DNA of 63,868 bases, filler included, from Octopus bimaculoides (Eukaryota): assembly GCF_001194135.2 (NCBI RefSeq). It is 6 parts of 5 records of this genome, joined end to end, with 100 filler letters (N's around TTAATTAATTAA, not from the genome) between each part and the next. Parts side by side here need not be neighbours in the genome. Positions count along the whole stretch, not along the records: positions 42,877 to 62,659 come from NC_068987.1; positions 62,760 to 63,868 come from NC_068995.1; 4 more parts are not named here. One strand, given 5' to 3'. This document shows positions 62,221 through 63,868 of this stretch, piece after piece. How positions within the stretch are numbered: position 1 is the stretch's first letter; each line of letters starts with the position of its first letter. The translations under genes were made by a program, and so were the position numbers. The notes under the pieces were generated by a model, which saw nothing but the letters and a program-made list of their open reading frames with translations, did not search any database and was not told where the DNA came from.

Positions 62221-62623
62221 ACCCACACCAAAGAAAGGAAGAAAGGAAGAGAGGAAGAAGGAGAAAGAGAAACCATCTTAGAAATGAAACAAACAAACAA
62301 ATAAAATCAAAGGATATAGACATAAATAAACAAACAAACAAACAAATGAACGAATAAAAAAAGGTTGAAGGGACTGCGCTGTTGTTTACATGCAAGGGTG
62401 TAGGAACACAAAGCAACAACAACAGCAACAACAACAACGAGAACAAAACTAAGATAACAATCTAATTTAAAAGTACATCTCAACTTCTCAAATTCCACAT
62501 TGGAAGGACAGGAGAACAGGGAAAGGGGAAAAAAGAGAGAGAAAAAGGAAAACAATCAGCTACCCTAATACCTTTAATATACATATATATGTGTATGTGT
62601 TTGTGTGTGAGTATATGTGTGTA

Positions 62624-62659
<36 letters not shown>

Positions 62660-62805
62660 NNNNNNNNNNNNNNNNNNNNNNNNNNNNNNNNNNNNNNNNN
62701 NNNTTAATTAATTAANNNNNNNNNNNNNNNNNNNNNNNNNNNNNNNNNNNNNNNNNNNNTATATATATACACACATATATATGTATATATGTATATATAT
62801 ATATT

Positions 62806-63135
62806 TAGTGAAGACGCAAGGGTCAGTGGTTAGAGCGTCGAGCTTACGACTGTGAGGTTGTGAGTTCGAATCTCGGATCGGGTTGAGTGTTGTGTTCTTG
62901 AGCAAGACACTTTATTTCACATTGCTCCAGTTCACTCAGCTATAGAAACGAATTGCAACATCACTGGTGCCAAGCTGTATTGGCCTTTGCCTTTCCCTTG
63001 GATAACTCTGAGAGGGGAGGCCGGTATGCATGGGCGACTGCTGGTCTTCCATAAATGACCTTGCCCGGACTTGTACCTGGAGGGTAACTTTCTAGGTGCA
63101 ATCTTATGGTCAATCATGACCAAAAGGCGTCTTAG
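62806..63135 (+). mobile_element. Full-length tRNA-derived SINE (family E)
   Basis: gggtcagtggttagagcg..gagttcgaatc head, ttgagcaagacactttatttcac core, unique tail. Confidence 0.85.
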
Positions 63136-63147
63136 CTCAGCATATAT

Positions 63148-63232
<85 letters not shown>

Positions 63233-63338
63233 AATACACACACAGGTAGATAGATATATATGTATAAACACACACACACAGAAACACATATTTTTTCCCC
63301 TCCGTCATCCTTTTCTATTGGACTTTCCCCTGTCTCCT

Positions 63339-63373
63339 GTTTCTGAAGAAGAACTTTGCTCGAAACGTAAAAC
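63339..63373 (+). ncRNA. Minimal hammerhead ribozyme, intact core
   Basis: gttt-CTGAAGA-a-gaac ttt gctc-GAAA-CG-TA-aaac: palindrome ACGT, GUA triplet, one mismatch in stem II. Confidence 0.72.
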
Positions 63374-63868
63374 CACCTTTCTTTCCTTCCCTAAGCATCT
63401 GCTAGCACTTTATATGTATCACGTCCTCACCTTGCTGTTTCTTTTTGTGTTTGTTCGTTCTTCGTTTTGGTATATATATATATATATATATATATATCTA
63501 CAAGCCATATATATTATATGCTGAAATGCTGTATGTCGTATAAAGCTTTGAACACCTTGCCTCTTTTCTGCTTATTTCACCTGTGTGTGTGTGTCTGATA
63601 ACTACTAATATCCCTAATTCTTCCTCTCTGAAGACGCCATAGTTGACTCTTATAAGGAAATCTTTGTTCGTTGAGATTTGCAATCTATGTACAGCTATTC
63701 TAGAAACAGCTTTAAGAGACTTTGTACACAAGTTCTTACTTTCTTATGTATGTAATATATGTTACAACTCCATTTCAACAGTTCTACAATTATATTTGTA
63801 TAATAAATTCCATGCTCTAAAGTGATGCCTTATATTTTGCTCCCCCATTCTTTATTTCTAATATATAT

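Noticed and set aside
23-63279. Most long ORFs in the supplied track (CV/YI/HT, poly-H/M/I/D, K/E/R-rich, X-filled)
   Set aside because: They are translations of microsatellites, low-complexity tracts or N gaps.
63628-63675. CTGAAGA..GAAA motif
   Set aside because: Stems I and III do not pair; at best a heavily decayed copy.
1-63868. CRISPR arrays, rRNA genes, prokaryotic operons
   Set aside because: None seen; the sequence is eukaryotic intronic/intergenic DNA.

Overview
AT-rich, gap-ridden, repeat-dense eukaryotic genomic DNA. The repeat families and gap linkers look like an Octopus assembly (inference). Almost every entry in the supplied ORF track is an artefact of microsatellites or N runs. 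The window contains: (1) a probable + strand multi-exon gene (about 10.0-36.2 kb) of unknown family, found by chaining phase-compatible exons; (2) dozens of SINE copies in about five families, plus fragments of RTE, CR1, R4/Dong-like and Penelope-like (PLE) retroelements, Tc1/mariner remnants, and piggyBac-like and hAT-like MITEs; (3) two stop-depleted, decayed coding-like islands of unknown family (0.5-2.7 kb and 6.7-8.4 kb); (4) most notably, ten minimal type I hammerhead ribozyme motifs at nine loci in about eight sequence variants. Several have intact catalytic cores, two loci are fold-back palindromes, and several lie sense-strand inside introns of the predicted gene. All calls were made by eye, with no database search or folding software.
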